A model generated the notes under the pieces. The model made no database searches and was not told the DNA's origin. It saw only the letters and a list, made by a program, of their open reading frames with translations. Both the position numbers and the translations under genes were made by a program. Positions 50,160-60,009 of a stretch of DNA of 64,000 nt are shown in pieces; within the stretch, counting starts at the first letter, position 1; each line of letters opens with the position of its first letter. Location: NCBI GenBank assembly GCA_021792095.1, contig JAJYVH010000001.1, positions 317,324 to 381,323 on the forward strand. The letters are read 5' to 3'. The DNA comes from Candidatus Micrarchaeota archaeon. Its GTDB lineage: Archaea; Micrarchaeota; Micrarchaeia; Micrarchaeales; CABMGC01.

Positions 50160-50888
50160 TCAGGTGCCGAAACGCCGCTGCCTGTTGGCGTACTCGACAA
50201 GCGCCCTATCGAGGTCGCGCTTGGTGAAATCCGGCCAGAGCTTCTTTGTGAAGTAGAGCTCTGCGTATGTGCTCTGCCAGGGCATGAAGCCAGACAGCCT
50301 CTCCTCTCCGGAAGTCCTTATTATGAGGTCTATGTCAGGCACCTGGTTGGAGAAGAGGTATGTCCTGAAGAGTGCGTCGCTAACATTCCTGAGCCTGCTC
50401 TTTACCGCCTGCTTTACAAGCAGTTTCGCGGCATGGAGTATGTCGTCCTTGCCTCCGTACGCTATGAGCATGTTTATCACGCGCTCCTTGTAGGCGCCAG
50501 TCTCCTCCTCCACCCTGTGGAGCGCGCTCGCCAGGTCCTTCGGCAGGAGCGCCTTGTTGCCTATCACGTTGAACCTAGTCTTGTTGCTGTGCAGCCTGTC
50601 TATTATGCTCTTGTCAGTGGCGACGCGCCTGTAAATGCCGAACAGCGTGTTCATCTCGGCCGCGGGCCTGCTGAAGTTCTCTGTGGAAAAGGCCCACACC
50701 GTTATGTTATCAACCCCGTAATCCTTGCACCACTCTGCAAAGTCTATGAACTTCTCGACGCCCCTGCTGTAGCCCCTGAAGAAGTTGAGCGCGTGGTGCT
50801 TCGCCCATCGCCTGTTGCCATCGGGGATAAGTGCCAGGCTCTTGGGCGCCTTGTCTATTCTCATGCAATCCGTGCCGTTGGTTAGCAT
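50160..50888 (-). CDS. uppS: cis-prenyltransferase (undecaprenyl/di-trans,poly-cis-polyprenyl diphosphate synthase)
   Basis: LALIPDGNRRWAK, AFSTENFSR and DLIIRTSGEERLSGFMPWQ. Confidence 0.9.
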   Translation of the reverse strand: MLTNGTDCMRIDKAPKSLALIPDGNRRWAKHHALNFFRGYSRGVEKFIDFAEWCKDYGVDNITVWAFSTENFSRPAAEMNTLFGIYRRVATDKSIIDRLHSNKTRFNVIGNKALLPKDLASALHRVEEETGAYKERVINMLIAYGGKDDILHAAKLLVKQAVKSRLRNVSDALFRTYLFSNQVPDIDLIIRTSGEERLSGFMPWQSTYAELYFTKKLWPDFTKRDLDRALVEYANRQRRFGT

Positions 50889-51058
50889 AAGCTAAGCATC
50901 TAAGCTTTATAAAAGAATTCTTTACTGTGGCAACCGCTCCGCATAGGGCTTTCGGCTCAGGCACCCGCAGGTAGGAGTGCAGGAGGCGCATCTGTTTGTT
51001 CGCAGAGCAGTGCCTTGTCCCGACCCGCCTGGGCTTGGTCGACCCGCCTCCAGCAACG

Positions 51059-51066
51059 TATATAAA
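51059..51066 (+). promoter_or_regulatory. TATA box TATATAAA, candidate 23S rRNA promoter
   Basis: The only strong TATA-like element between uppS and the 23S processing stem. It lies ~180 nt upstream of the stem. Confidence 0.4.
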
Positions 51067-51264
51067 CCTGTTGCAACAGATACTATGCTGGTGCTTTGAT
51101 GAGCACACAGAGTCTTTAAAGGCGCCTTTTCGAGAGCAGGCTCTGCGCTTTTGCTTGATGAAAACTGGTCTGTTAGGTTTAACAATCTAACGCTGCCTTT
51201 ACTCTGCCCGTGAGATTGCACTTGATGCAATTGATTTGAGGAGAAGCAAGCTTGTAATGTATGT

Positions 51265-54073
51265 ATATAAACCATCTAGGGGATGACTTGGCTCTAGCAG
51301 CGACGAAAGTCGTGGCAAGCTGCGATAAGCCCAGGGTAGGCGCATGTCAACCCTTGAACCTGGGATTACTGAATTGTGCGCCTTGAATAGAGGCGCACGC
51401 AGACGCGGGGAATTGAAGCATCTTAGTACCCGCAGGAGAAGAAAGCAAACGCGATGCTATTAGTAACGGCGAGTGAAAGTAGCACAGGGCGAGCCGAATT
51501 CCCGCTTGCAAAAGCGGGTAGATGTGGCGCAGGGGCACCTCCATGCCATTAGCCGAAGGCGCTGGGAAGCGCCGCCAAAGAGAGTTACAGCCTCGTAGGC
51601 GGAAGCGGCATGGAATTCCTTGCAGGAGAGTAGCACGGCCTCAATACGTCGTGCGAATACGGGGGCACTGAACCCCAACCCTAAATATGGGCTAGAGACC
51701 GATAGCGAACAAGTAGTGCGAACGAAAGTTGAAAAGAACCCGCACGTGCGGGTGTGAAAAGACCTGAAACTAGGTGGTTACAAGAAGGTAGTGGCGCGAG
51801 GAGATGACGCACGCAAGTGCTAATCAGCGTTCTATCTTTCTTCTAAAAGCAAGAGCCAGGGAGTGTACGGTAGTGGCAAGTATCAAAGCGTAGCGAAAGC
51901 GAGTGCGTCCGCAAGGGCGCCGGGTATGAAAATGCCCCAGCCACTATTGTACGACCCGAAGCCATTGTGAACTACTCGCGGGCAAGGCGAAGCCGAGTTT
52001 ACGCTCGGTGGAGGCCTGCAACCTGTCATGGTATATCCTGTTGGGTGACCTGCGAGTAGGGGCGATAGACCATTCGAACATGGCAATAACGGGTCCCCTT
52101 CGAAGTATCTTTAGGATAGCCTTAGGTAGCTTGCGCGCGCGGTAGAGCGACCGATTCTTTGGTGCGTTCCGAAAGGAACGGCCTTGGAGTCAAACTCCGA
52201 ATGTGCGCGCTGCATAGCCTGGGAGTCGGCTGCACTGGGTAAGCTAGTGCAACGAGACTCGAAGAAGAGTGACTGGTGTTAAGGTCCCAAAATCGCTGTT
52301 GAGTGCTATTGAAAGAGGATAGTGCCATAGACACCCGGGAGGTAGGCTTAGAAGCAGCCATCCTTCAAAAAACGCGTAACAGCGTACCGGTTGAGGCACA
52401 ATTCTCTGAAGATGGACGGGGCTAAACAGCGTACCGAGACACCGGAGGCGCTAGCAATAGCGTCTGGTAGGAGGGCGAGCTGCATAGCAAGAAGTGCCGC
52501 TTTGAGGCGGCATCGACCATGCAGCGGTGAAAATCCTGGTGTAAGTAACAGCAAATACTGGTGAGAATCCAGTACGCCTGAAGCACACGGTTTTCCCTGT
52601 CATAATCGTTAGCGGGGAGTTAGCCGGTCCTAAGTCGGGAGCCAATCACTACCCGACAAAAGGGAAGCATGTCAAAATTCATGCGCCCGATATGTAGGTG
52701 TGGCGACACAAGGTATATTCCTGACGCTTGGGGATAGGTCACTAGAAACGTGCAAATGGCTGCAGAGTCTCGTTGTGAGGAGAAGCAGCTAAATGAACTT
52801 TGACCAAATTCCTGAGCCCGTGAAAAGGGAATATGCAGCGATCATATCGGACCGTACCTAGAACTAGTACAAGTGCTGCTGGCTGAGAAGGCCAAGGCGT
52901 GCCGGGGTTAAACCGGGTTAGGGAAATCGGCAAGTTAGTAGCGTAAGTTATCGACAAGCTATGTCTGTGCCTGGCTAGGCGCAGATTGCAATAACAAGGA
53001 GGGAGCGACTGTTTCGTTAAGACACAACTCACCGCAAAGCCGAAAGGCCTAGTACAGTGGGTGACGCCTGCTCACCGCTAGTACGCGAAACCCCGTTTCA
53101 ACGGGACTAAGCGCTAGCAAAGAGCGGGTCTAACTCTGAGACTCTTTAGGTAGCGTAATACCTCGTCGCTTAATAGGCGACTTGCATGAATGGCGTAACG
53201 ACTCCCACACTGTCCCAACCTGGTGCCTGGTGAACTCACTGCGCGGTGAACATGCCGCGTACTCTCAGTGGGAAATGAAGTCTCCATGAAGCTTGACTAC
53301 AGTCTGTTGTTGTTGTGCGGCGGATGCTGCAGAGCGTAAGTGGGAGCGTCGATGCGCCGGCTCCGGCCGGCGCGGAGCGAAAGTGTAACACCACTCTACG
53401 TTCGCTACGCAACTTACCATCATATGGGACAGCTGCAGATGGGTAGTTAGACTGGGCGGTTGCTTTCGATAAGGAAACGAAAGTGACTAATGCTCTGCTT
53501 ATCCGGGTTGGAAACCCGGAGTGAAGCTTAAAGGCAAATGCAGGGCTGACTGTGCAGCGAAAAGCGGGCTGCGCAGACTGGAAACAGGAGCTTACCGAGC
53601 TTTGGAAGTCCTTTTAGTGGGACTCCAAACTGTCAGAAAAGTTACTCTGGAGGTAACCGGTTCGTGGCTGGTGAGAGTTCACATCGACCCAGCCGTTTGA
53701 TACACCGATATGGGCTTAGGTCATCCCGGCGGCGCAGGAACCGCCAAGGGTCGGGCTGCTCGCCCGTTAAAGACCTACATGAGCTGAGTTAAGTCCGCCG
53801 CGAGGCAGGACGGTGATATCTACTGGGAGTGTTAATGTCAGAGGATAAGGTGCCGTTAGTACGAGAGGAATATGGCATCGGCGCCACTAGTTTACCGGTT
53901 GTCAATGCATTGCCGGGTAGCCACGCGCTAAGGGATAAGTCCTGAAAGCATCTAAGGACGAAGCCCGATCCGAAACGAGACATTATGGCGATCCTAATAC
54001 AGGATCTTGATAGGGCAGGGGTGTAAGCGGAGAGCGCAAGCGATCCGTGAGCCCACTGCTACTAACGCATGAC
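51265..54073 (+). rRNA. 23S ribosomal RNA (approximate mature ends), unlinked to 16S/5S
   Basis: 5' region GGGGATGACTTGGCTCTAGCAGCGACGAAAGTCGTGGCAAGCTGCGATAAGCC. Sarcin-ricin loop AGTACGAGAGGAA at 53858-53870. Flanked by a complementary ~26-bp stem (51238-51264 / 54074-54099). Confidence 0.9.
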
Positions 54074-55303
54074 ACGTATGTTGCAAGCTGCTTCTCTTCC
54101 TCCTTTCCTGAAATGCCTGGGGTCAGCCACGCTCGTGCCAGGCTTGAGCACAAGCAGCTCACGCCCAACGACCTGGTCGGGGCGCAGGTATACGAGTTGC
54201 TCGTTTTTAACGTGAGAGAAGCCCACTCTGGCGTAGCCCATGCCGGCGAGTTCCCCGACCACAGGCAGGTGCACCAGCCCCTGCCGCGATTTCCAGACGG
54301 GCACGGCCAGGCAGCAGCGCGCGTCGGGTCCAAGCTGGCCCCTCAGGTTGCTCAGGAACCTCTTAGCGACGTAGTCGCAGTCGGCCACTATCTTCTTCAT
54401 GCGCTCCTCCTCAGGTGGCTTGGTGAGCGAAGGCCCGAGGAATGTTTCGCTGACCACGCGCTCGACCCTTTTCCAACTGTATTTCGTGGAGTCGGCGCAG
54501 ACGAGCTTGTACGATATGCCGATGCCGTACTCCTTCGCAAGCCAGTCGAGGTTGGCTTTCGTCGCCGATACCATCTCCGGCCTTATGTCTATGCCCATAA
54601 CCCTGCAGTGCCTCAGTGCGGCCTCCATCAGGATCATGCCTGTGCCGCAGAACGGGTCTGTGACATTCGAGCCCGGCGTGACCTTGGCCAGGTTCAGCAT
54701 CATCTGCGCCAGTTTCGGGGGCAGCATGCCTATCCACGCATCCCTCCGTGGCCTGCCGTAGTCGCGCTTGGAGTAGCTGTCTATATCTTGCACCGATACC
54801 GTCCTGGCTATGTATGTCATTCCCCTGCCCGCTATTACTAGGAACTCGAACCCGTTCCCGCCGGTGAGCTTGTTGTTGATCACCTGTGCGCTGTTCAGCA
54901 CAGGGTCCTTGCCGGTCACTACCCTGACCTGTATCCCTCTTTCCTTCAGCCTCCTCTTGATCGCGAACCCGAGCAGCAGCACCTCCTTCTGGCTTGCGTG
55001 CACGCCATACAGGCTTACGCCGATGGCGACCTTGTGCGCCGGCGTGCCCTGCCCGGCCGTCGCGCTGTCAATCGCCCTGTCGAAGACAGCCGCTGAAACC
55101 TTGTTCCACTTGTAAGTGGGCACTGTGCCCACCACTTCGGCCATCTTGATCACACCACCGAGATCGCTTTGCTGAGGCATGTCTGGGCCGTCAGTTATGA
55201 TTGCGTATCCGTTGCCTGTAGGCACGACCCGTTCAGGACCCACAACCGCTTCGAGCTCGGCGATTCCAAGCTCGGGCTGGCGCCCGAGTATGCAGATTAG
55301 CAT
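54062..55303 (-). CDS. SAM-dependent methyltransferase, Trm11/UPF0020-like (putative RNA guanine-N2 MTase)
   Basis: 413 aa with the motif I sequence VTDPFCGTGMILMEAAL and an N-terminal THUMP-like region. The last ~12 codons overlap the 23S 3' stem. Confidence 0.55.
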   Translation of the reverse strand: MLICILGRQPELGIAELEAVVGPERVVPTGNGYAIITDGPDMPQQSDLGGVIKMAEVVGTVPTYKWNKVSAAVFDRAIDSATAGQGTPAHKVAIGVSLYGVHASQKEVLLLGFAIKRRLKERGIQVRVVTGKDPVLNSAQVINNKLTGGNGFEFLVIAGRGMTYIARTVSVQDIDSYSKRDYGRPRRDAWIGMLPPKLAQMMLNLAKVTPGSNVTDPFCGTGMILMEAALRHCRVMGIDIRPEMVSATKANLDWLAKEYGIGISYKLVCADSTKYSWKRVERVVSETFLGPSLTKPPEEERMKKIVADCDYVAKRFLSNLRGQLGPDARCCLAVPVWKSRQGLVHLPVVGELAGMGYARVGFSHVKNEQLVYLRPDQVVGRELLVLKPGTSVADPRHFRKGGREAACNIRVMR

Positions 55304-55337
55304 AGTATGCTTTGGTCCCGGCTCTTTTTATATCCAA

Positions 55338-56060
55338 TCAGAGCTCTTTCATGCGCCTGTAACTGGCCATCAGGGATTTCATGCGCCTATCTGCAGGCAC
55401 CTTGGGCGCTATGCGCTCCAGCATTTCCTCCTTGTCCATGCCTTTAGAGCAAAGCAGCACAACTGTATCGGCATGGTCTGTCTGGACCTTGTACACGTTG
55501 AAGTTTCTTTTCAGCCTGCGCCCGAAGCCGAGCCAGTGCAGCAGGCCCTGCGGGCTCATCGTGTAGTTTACTGCCAGCACGCCTTTCGCGTGTAGTATCC
55601 TTTTGGCGTTCCCCACGAAGCTCCCGCTGAAGAAGCCGCCCGGCACCGAAGCGTTCCTCCAGTATGCGTCCAGCACGATCATGTCGTACCCGGACCTTGT
55701 TTCCGCAACGTAATCGCAGCCGTCCGCGATGATTAGCCTGTCCGGCATTGCTTCTGGCGCATTGCGCCTTGCAAGGTCCGCCACTTTCCCATCTATCTCG
55801 ACAGCATCAACTTTCGTCTTCCTGCCGAGCAGCCTGTGCAGCTGGTATGAGGTGGTGCCAAGGCCGAGACCTATCATGAGCACCCTCGGCTGCGTGTACG
55901 CATAGGCCATCGGTATGAAGTAATCCCAGTAGCCGTTGGCGTACACAGATCTCTTGCCGATTACCGAATGGGTGGCGCCGTCAAGCTTGAACATCTTCTT
56001 CTGCCGCGTCTCCGATACCTGCAGCTTCATAAAATGCGTGTAGGCTGTCTCTTGCCTCAT
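55338..56060 (-). CDS. spermidine synthase-like (polyamine aminopropyltransferase fold) protein
   Basis: VLMIGLGLGTTSYQL...VDAVEIDGKVADLAR...YDMIVLDAY. Confidence 0.6.
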   Translation of the reverse strand: MRQETAYTHFMKLQVSETRQKKMFKLDGATHSVIGKRSVYANGYWDYFIPMAYAYTQPRVLMIGLGLGTTSYQLHRLLGRKTKVDAVEIDGKVADLARRNAPEAMPDRLIIADGCDYVAETRSGYDMIVLDAYWRNASVPGGFFSGSFVGNAKRILHAKGVLAVNYTMSPQGLLHWLGFGRRLKRNFNVYKVQTDHADTVVLLCSKGMDKEEMLERIAPKVPADRRMKSLMASYRRMKEL

Positions 56061-56068
56061 GGTAAGCG

Positions 56069-57382
56069 CTAGGGCAGGAGCCTGTCAGGAGTGCGCGGGA
56101 ATGCTGTGGTTTCCTTTATGTTTTCAATGTTCAGCAGCTGCGCTGTGAAGCGCTCTATGCCTATGCTGAAGCCGCCGTGCGGCGGCGCGCCGTATTTGAA
56201 GAAGTCGGTGAACCACCTTAGCTTCTCCGCGTCGAGCTGCTTCTCGCCTATCTGGCTTATTATCTTCTCGTACCTGTGCTCCCTCTGGCCCCCGCTGCTG
56301 AGCTCCAGGCCCCTGTATATTAGGTCTATGCTCCTCGCCCACTGCGGGCTGTCGTCGACTTTCATCACGTAGAACGGCTTGACTGCGAACGGGAACCTGT
56401 CCACGAAGAAGAAGTCGCTGCCGTACTTCTCCTTGACGTACCTGCCCAGCGCCTCCTCGCCGCTCCTGTCGTAATCGCCGCCCCTCTCCGCCTTCACGCC
56501 GAGCTCCTCCAGTATGTCGTATATCTTCGGGAACTTCAGCACAGGGAACGGCACCTTCGGCGCATCGAGCTCTACGCCAAGAGTCTTCAGCTCCTCGCCG
56601 CATCTCCTTATCACGTTCTTCACTACTGCTACGGCGACATTCTGCTCGGCCTTGATCACATCCCGCTCGTCCTTTATGAAGGAGAGCTCGGCCGCGCACG
56701 TCCTGTGCTCCGTCAGGTGCCTCGGCGTGTTGCTGCGCTCCGCCCTCCAGCTCGGCCCCACCTCGTATACCTTCTCGAAGCCGGCGAGCATGAGGAGCTG
56801 CCTGTGCAGCTGCGGGTCCTGCCTCAGGTATGCAGTCTTGCCGAAGTGCTCCAGCGAGAATACCTCGGAGCCTCCCTCCGAGGGCATGCCCATCAGGCTG
56901 GGCGTGAATACCTGCATGAAGCCGTGGGACGAGAGGTACCTGTGCATTCCCTCGAGCACCGCCGATTCGACAAGGAATATCGCGGTCTGCGACTGGTTCC
57001 TGAGGTCCAGGGCGCGCCAGTCGAGCCTCTTGTCGAAGCTGCTCTCCGTGTGCCCCTCTATGTCTATGGGAGACGGCTCGAGCGCCTTGCCCACCACCAT
57101 TATGCTCTCCGGAATCAGCTCGGGGTACTGCTTGCTCTCCCTCGTTCCCGGCACGGTGCCTTCCACCACCACAAAATCGTTGGGCGAGAGCGCGTTGGCA
57201 GCGCCCATCGCCTGCTCGGGCGCCTTCCCCTTGATCGCAGTTACCTGGATGGTGCCCGTGATGTCGCGCACCCAGACGAACCTGCCTATCTTGAGCTCGC
57301 TTATCCTGATCACCCTGCCGCCTATCCTGAGCCTGCTTCCCGGCTCGGTCGCGGCGTCCCTTATGTATGTTACTCTTAACAT
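56069..57382 (-). CDS. aspS: aspartyl-tRNA synthetase (archaeal type)
   Basis: An N-terminal OB fold, then WRAERSNTPRHLTEH (motif 2) and GAPPHGGFSIGIERF (motif 3). Confidence 0.9.
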   Translation of the reverse strand: MLRVTYIRDAATEPGSRLRIGGRVIRISELKIGRFVWVRDITGTIQVTAIKGKAPEQAMGAANALSPNDFVVVEGTVPGTRESKQYPELIPESIMVVGKALEPSPIDIEGHTESSFDKRLDWRALDLRNQSQTAIFLVESAVLEGMHRYLSSHGFMQVFTPSLMGMPSEGGSEVFSLEHFGKTAYLRQDPQLHRQLLMLAGFEKVYEVGPSWRAERSNTPRHLTEHRTCAAELSFIKDERDVIKAEQNVAVAVVKNVIRRCGEELKTLGVELDAPKVPFPVLKFPKIYDILEELGVKAERGGDYDRSGEEALGRYVKEKYGSDFFFVDRFPFAVKPFYVMKVDDSPQWARSIDLIYRGLELSSGGQREHRYEKIISQIGEKQLDAEKLRWFTDFFKYGAPPHGGFSIGIERFTAQLLNIENIKETTAFPRTPDRLLP

Positions 57383-57391
57383 TCAACCCCT

Positions 57392-58690
57392 CTATGGGTA
57401 GAGCCTGTTGCTCATCCTAGGGAACGGTATGGCGTCGCGTATGTGGTCCAGGTTCAGCAGCCACTTTATCACGCGCTCCATGCCCATTCCGAAGCCGGAA
57501 TGCGGCACAGAGCCGTACCTCCGCAGGTCAAGCCACCACTCGTAGTTGGCCATGTTGAACTTCACGCCAGTGCTCTTCTCCACGTCGCGCATTCGCTGCA
57601 TAAGCACATCGAGCCTCCACTCCCTCTGCGTGCCGCCTATTATCTCCCCGTGCCCGTGCGGGGCCTGCATGTCATCGGACAGCACGGTGCGCGTATCCTT
57701 CGGGTTCACGTACGCGTAGAACGCCTTTATCTCCTTGGCCCAGTCTGTTATGAATATCGGCTTCTTCTCGTCCTCGGTGAGCATCATCTCCTCCTTGACG
57801 CCGAAGTCGTCGCCCCACTTCAGCTTGGCTCCCTTGCTGTTCAGCAGCTCTATCGCCTGCTCGTAGCTCATCCTTTTGAAGGGCGGCTTTATGCCGGCGA
57901 GTTCCTTCCTGTCCAGCCCCAGGAGCTCTATTATATCGGCTTCTTCCTTCACGAACCTTTGGGCTATGTGGCTTACCATGCGCTCCTGCAGCTTCATGCT
58001 CTGCTCGCTGTCGTAGTACGCCATCTCCGGCTCGAGCATCCAGAGCTCGGCGAGGTGCTTGGTGGTCCTCGACTGCTCCGCCCTGTAAGCGGGCACGAGG
58101 CTGTACACGTTCTCGAGCACAGGCACCATGGCCTCGGCGTAGAGCTGCGATGACTCTGTCAGGTACGCCTTCCTGCCGAAGTATGACACCTCGAAGAGGT
58201 TGGAGCCCGTCTCCCCCCCGGCCAGCGTTATAGTGGGCGGCGTAATCTCGAAGAAGCCCTCTCCGTCAAGGAACTCGCGCGCGTACCTGAATATGTGCGC
58301 CCTTGCTATCATCACTCCTGTCATCTTCCTGCTCCTGAGCCAGAGGTGCCGCTTGTCCAGCAAAAGCTCAGTGCTCTGGTACTCGGTTATCGGGAACGGC
58401 TCCGAGACCTGCACGTTCTCGAGTGCCGTGGCCTCCAGCTCGTAGCCCGAGGGGGCCCTGGGGTCCTTCTTCACCACTCCCTCCACCTTGACGCTGGACT
58501 CTACCGTGGTGTTTTCCGCGGCCTGCCACGAGCGAGCGTCCACGTTGTTCTTCTTCACGGCTACCTGCAGTATGCCCGTCCTGTCCCTTATTATCACGAA
58601 CACTATGCCTCCGCTGGATCGCTTCCTGTGCACCCAACCGGCGAGCTCTACCCTTTTGCCCGTTTCCTTTTCGGCCTCCTTGATGTGCAT
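57392..58690 (-). CDS. asnS: asparaginyl-tRNA synthetase
   Basis: YRAEQSRTTKHLAELWMLEPEMAY, YEWWLDLRRYGSVPHSGFGMGMERV. Internal ATG 58688-58690 is used (MHIKEAE). Confidence 0.9.
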   Translation of the reverse strand: MHIKEAEKETGKRVELAGWVHRKRSSGGIVFVIIRDRTGILQVAVKKNNVDARSWQAAENTTVESSVKVEGVVKKDPRAPSGYELEATALENVQVSEPFPITEYQSTELLLDKRHLWLRSRKMTGVMIARAHIFRYAREFLDGEGFFEITPPTITLAGGETGSNLFEVSYFGRKAYLTESSQLYAEAMVPVLENVYSLVPAYRAEQSRTTKHLAELWMLEPEMAYYDSEQSMKLQERMVSHIAQRFVKEEADIIELLGLDRKELAGIKPPFKRMSYEQAIELLNSKGAKLKWGDDFGVKEEMMLTEDEKKPIFITDWAKEIKAFYAYVNPKDTRTVLSDDMQAPHGHGEIIGGTQREWRLDVLMQRMRDVEKSTGVKFNMANYEWWLDLRRYGSVPHSGFGMGMERVIKWLLNLDHIRDAIPFPRMSNRLYP

Positions 58691-58829
58691 GGTGTACCTG
58701 TCTGCTTTGCGCTGCGCAAGCTTATCTATTTTTTGTCTCTGCCCCAGGGCCCGAAAGCGCCTTGTATGCGCAGGCAAGATGCCGAGAGCAAATGGTAATA
58801 GGATATGCGTGCCAATACGTTATCTGTAT

Positions 58830-59414
58830 ATGGTCATGGAGGAAGATGAGCTGCTAAAGAAGTACAACACGCTCTACCTAGAGATACTGATGCGCTACAA
58901 GGATGAGATAGAGAAAGGCGAGACGCTCTACGTCGCGGAGCTGCCCAAGCTCGTCACGCCCCAGGACGAGTCCGTGCTCGCCGTTGTGAACAACATAAAG
59001 AGCAGCTTCGCCGCTTATTCGTTAGATGACAACTTCTACGACGCCGCTATGAAGGCCCAAGCCTACATCAACACCTCGGTGTCCGGCATCTCGGTCCCGG
59101 TGCAGTTCTGGCTTACGCCCAGCGAGGTCATAAGGATGGGGGCCGGCGACGTCTTCGACAAGACGGTGCTGTTGTGCAGCATTCTGATAGGCCTCGGCAA
59201 CCTCACGGCAAGGATAGTCACCGTAGTGAAGGGGTCGGGCAGCGAATCGGCAGTGTACTGCGAGTTCCACAGCAAGCTGCTGCTCCTCAGGGCCGACGGC
59301 CGGATGGGCGAGTTCGACGGGAAGCAGGGGCTGCTGGCTGCAATGGGCTTCTCAGACGACCCCGGCACTACTGCCTACGAGTTCAACGACAAGATGTACA
59401 GCAGCATTGCCTGA
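58830..59414 (+). CDS. hypothetical protein (transglutaminase-like fold lacking the catalytic Cys); its 3' end is remodelled by a cassette insertion
   Basis: Internal ATG of ORF 58488-59414. GAGDVFDKTVLLCSILIGLGN resembles a transglutaminase core with Cys replaced by Val/Phe. An ancestral-looking C-terminus copy lies at 60014-60057. Confidence 0.5.
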   Translation: MVMEEDELLKKYNTLYLEILMRYKDEIEKGETLYVAELPKLVTPQDESVLAVVNNIKSSFAAYSLDDNFYDAAMKAQAYINTSVSGISVPVQFWLTPSEVIRMGAGDVFDKTVLLCSILIGLGNLTARIVTVVKGSGSESAVYCEFHSKLLLLRADGRMGEFDGKQGLLAAMGFSDDPGTTAYEFNDKMYSSIA

Positions 59415-59506
59415 AGGAACTATAATCATATTATGTACATAAATGATACACAAATGAAACATATTTAAATCACCCTACTGTAATGTAATAGCAATGGTGA
59501 GATTTA

Positions 59507-59749
59507 GTGAACGTTAATCTAAGGGGCAGAGCCAGGCAGATCCTTGAGGTAATGGTCAAAGAGGGGTATGCCAACACAAGATCAGAGGCCGTAAGACTTG
59601 CAATAATTAATTTTGGAGACAAACATGCTGAAGACCTCTTGGTGGAGAAGAAACTCGATAAGATTGACGCACTGATAAAAGGAGGGAAAAGGAAGCTATT
59701 GGATTCTCATGATGCTCTGGGTGAATACGCTAAATATCTCAAGGGATAG
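59507..59749 (+). CDS. ribbon-helix-helix (CopG/ParD-like) antitoxin
   Basis: 80 aa with a GTG start. VNLRGRARQILEVMVKEGYANTRSEAVRLAIINF shows the RHH pattern. Confidence 0.6.
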   Translation: MNVNLRGRARQILEVMVKEGYANTRSEAVRLAIINFGDKHAEDLLVEKKLDKIDALIKGGKRKLLDSHDALGEYAKYLKG

Positions 59750-59751
59750 GT

Positions 59752-60009
59752 ACGTACACCGCAGAGTTCGACCAAGGATGGCCAGAGTATTTTCAGTCGT
59801 TAGACAAAGGTATCAGAGCAAGAATCGCGAAGAAAATAGAGAAGATCCTGATGCATCCTGAAAAGAGGCATCTGATGAGGAGCTCGTTCTTCGTTGACGA
59901 AGTAGGGCAGTACAGACTCGTTTACAGGATCTTCGAAGAAAATAAAGTCAGGTTCTATTTTGTCGGGGCTCATAAAGAGTATGAGAAGTGGTACAAGCAA
60001 GGATTCTGA
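59752..60009 (+). CDS. RelE/ParE-family toxin (no canonical start; ACG at the Met position)
   Basis: Not in the ORF track. My translation: (ACG)YTAEFDQGWPEYFQSLDKGIRARIAKKIEKILMHPEKRHLMRSSFFVDEVGQYRLVYRIFEENKVRFYFVGAHKEYEKWYKQGF*. It begins 2 nt after the antitoxin stop. Confidence 0.6.
   Translation, partial: TYTAEFDQGWPEYFQSLDKGIRARIAKKIEKILMHPEKRHLMRSSFFVDEVGQYRLVYRIFEENKVRFYFVGAHKEYEKWYKQGF

Noticed and set aside
50889-51250. 16S rRNA, 5S rRNA or a spacer tRNA upstream of the 23S
   Set aside because: The interval is only ~360 bp, and I found no cloverleaf or 5S-like conserved boxes on either strand. I interpret it as the uppS promoter, the 23S promoter and the 5' external transcribed spacer.
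51347-54841. Numerous 60-260-aa ORFs on both strands across 51.3-54.1 kb, plus ORF 54047-54841
   Set aside because: They lie within the 23S rRNA gene or antisense to the methyltransferase gene, so they are not coding.
56124-57386. 420-aa minus-strand ORF in an alternative frame of aspS, together with plus-strand ORFs 56514-57401 and 56705-57379
   Set aside because: The 56069-57382 frame carries the class II AspRS motifs. The others are R/G/A-rich frame shadows.
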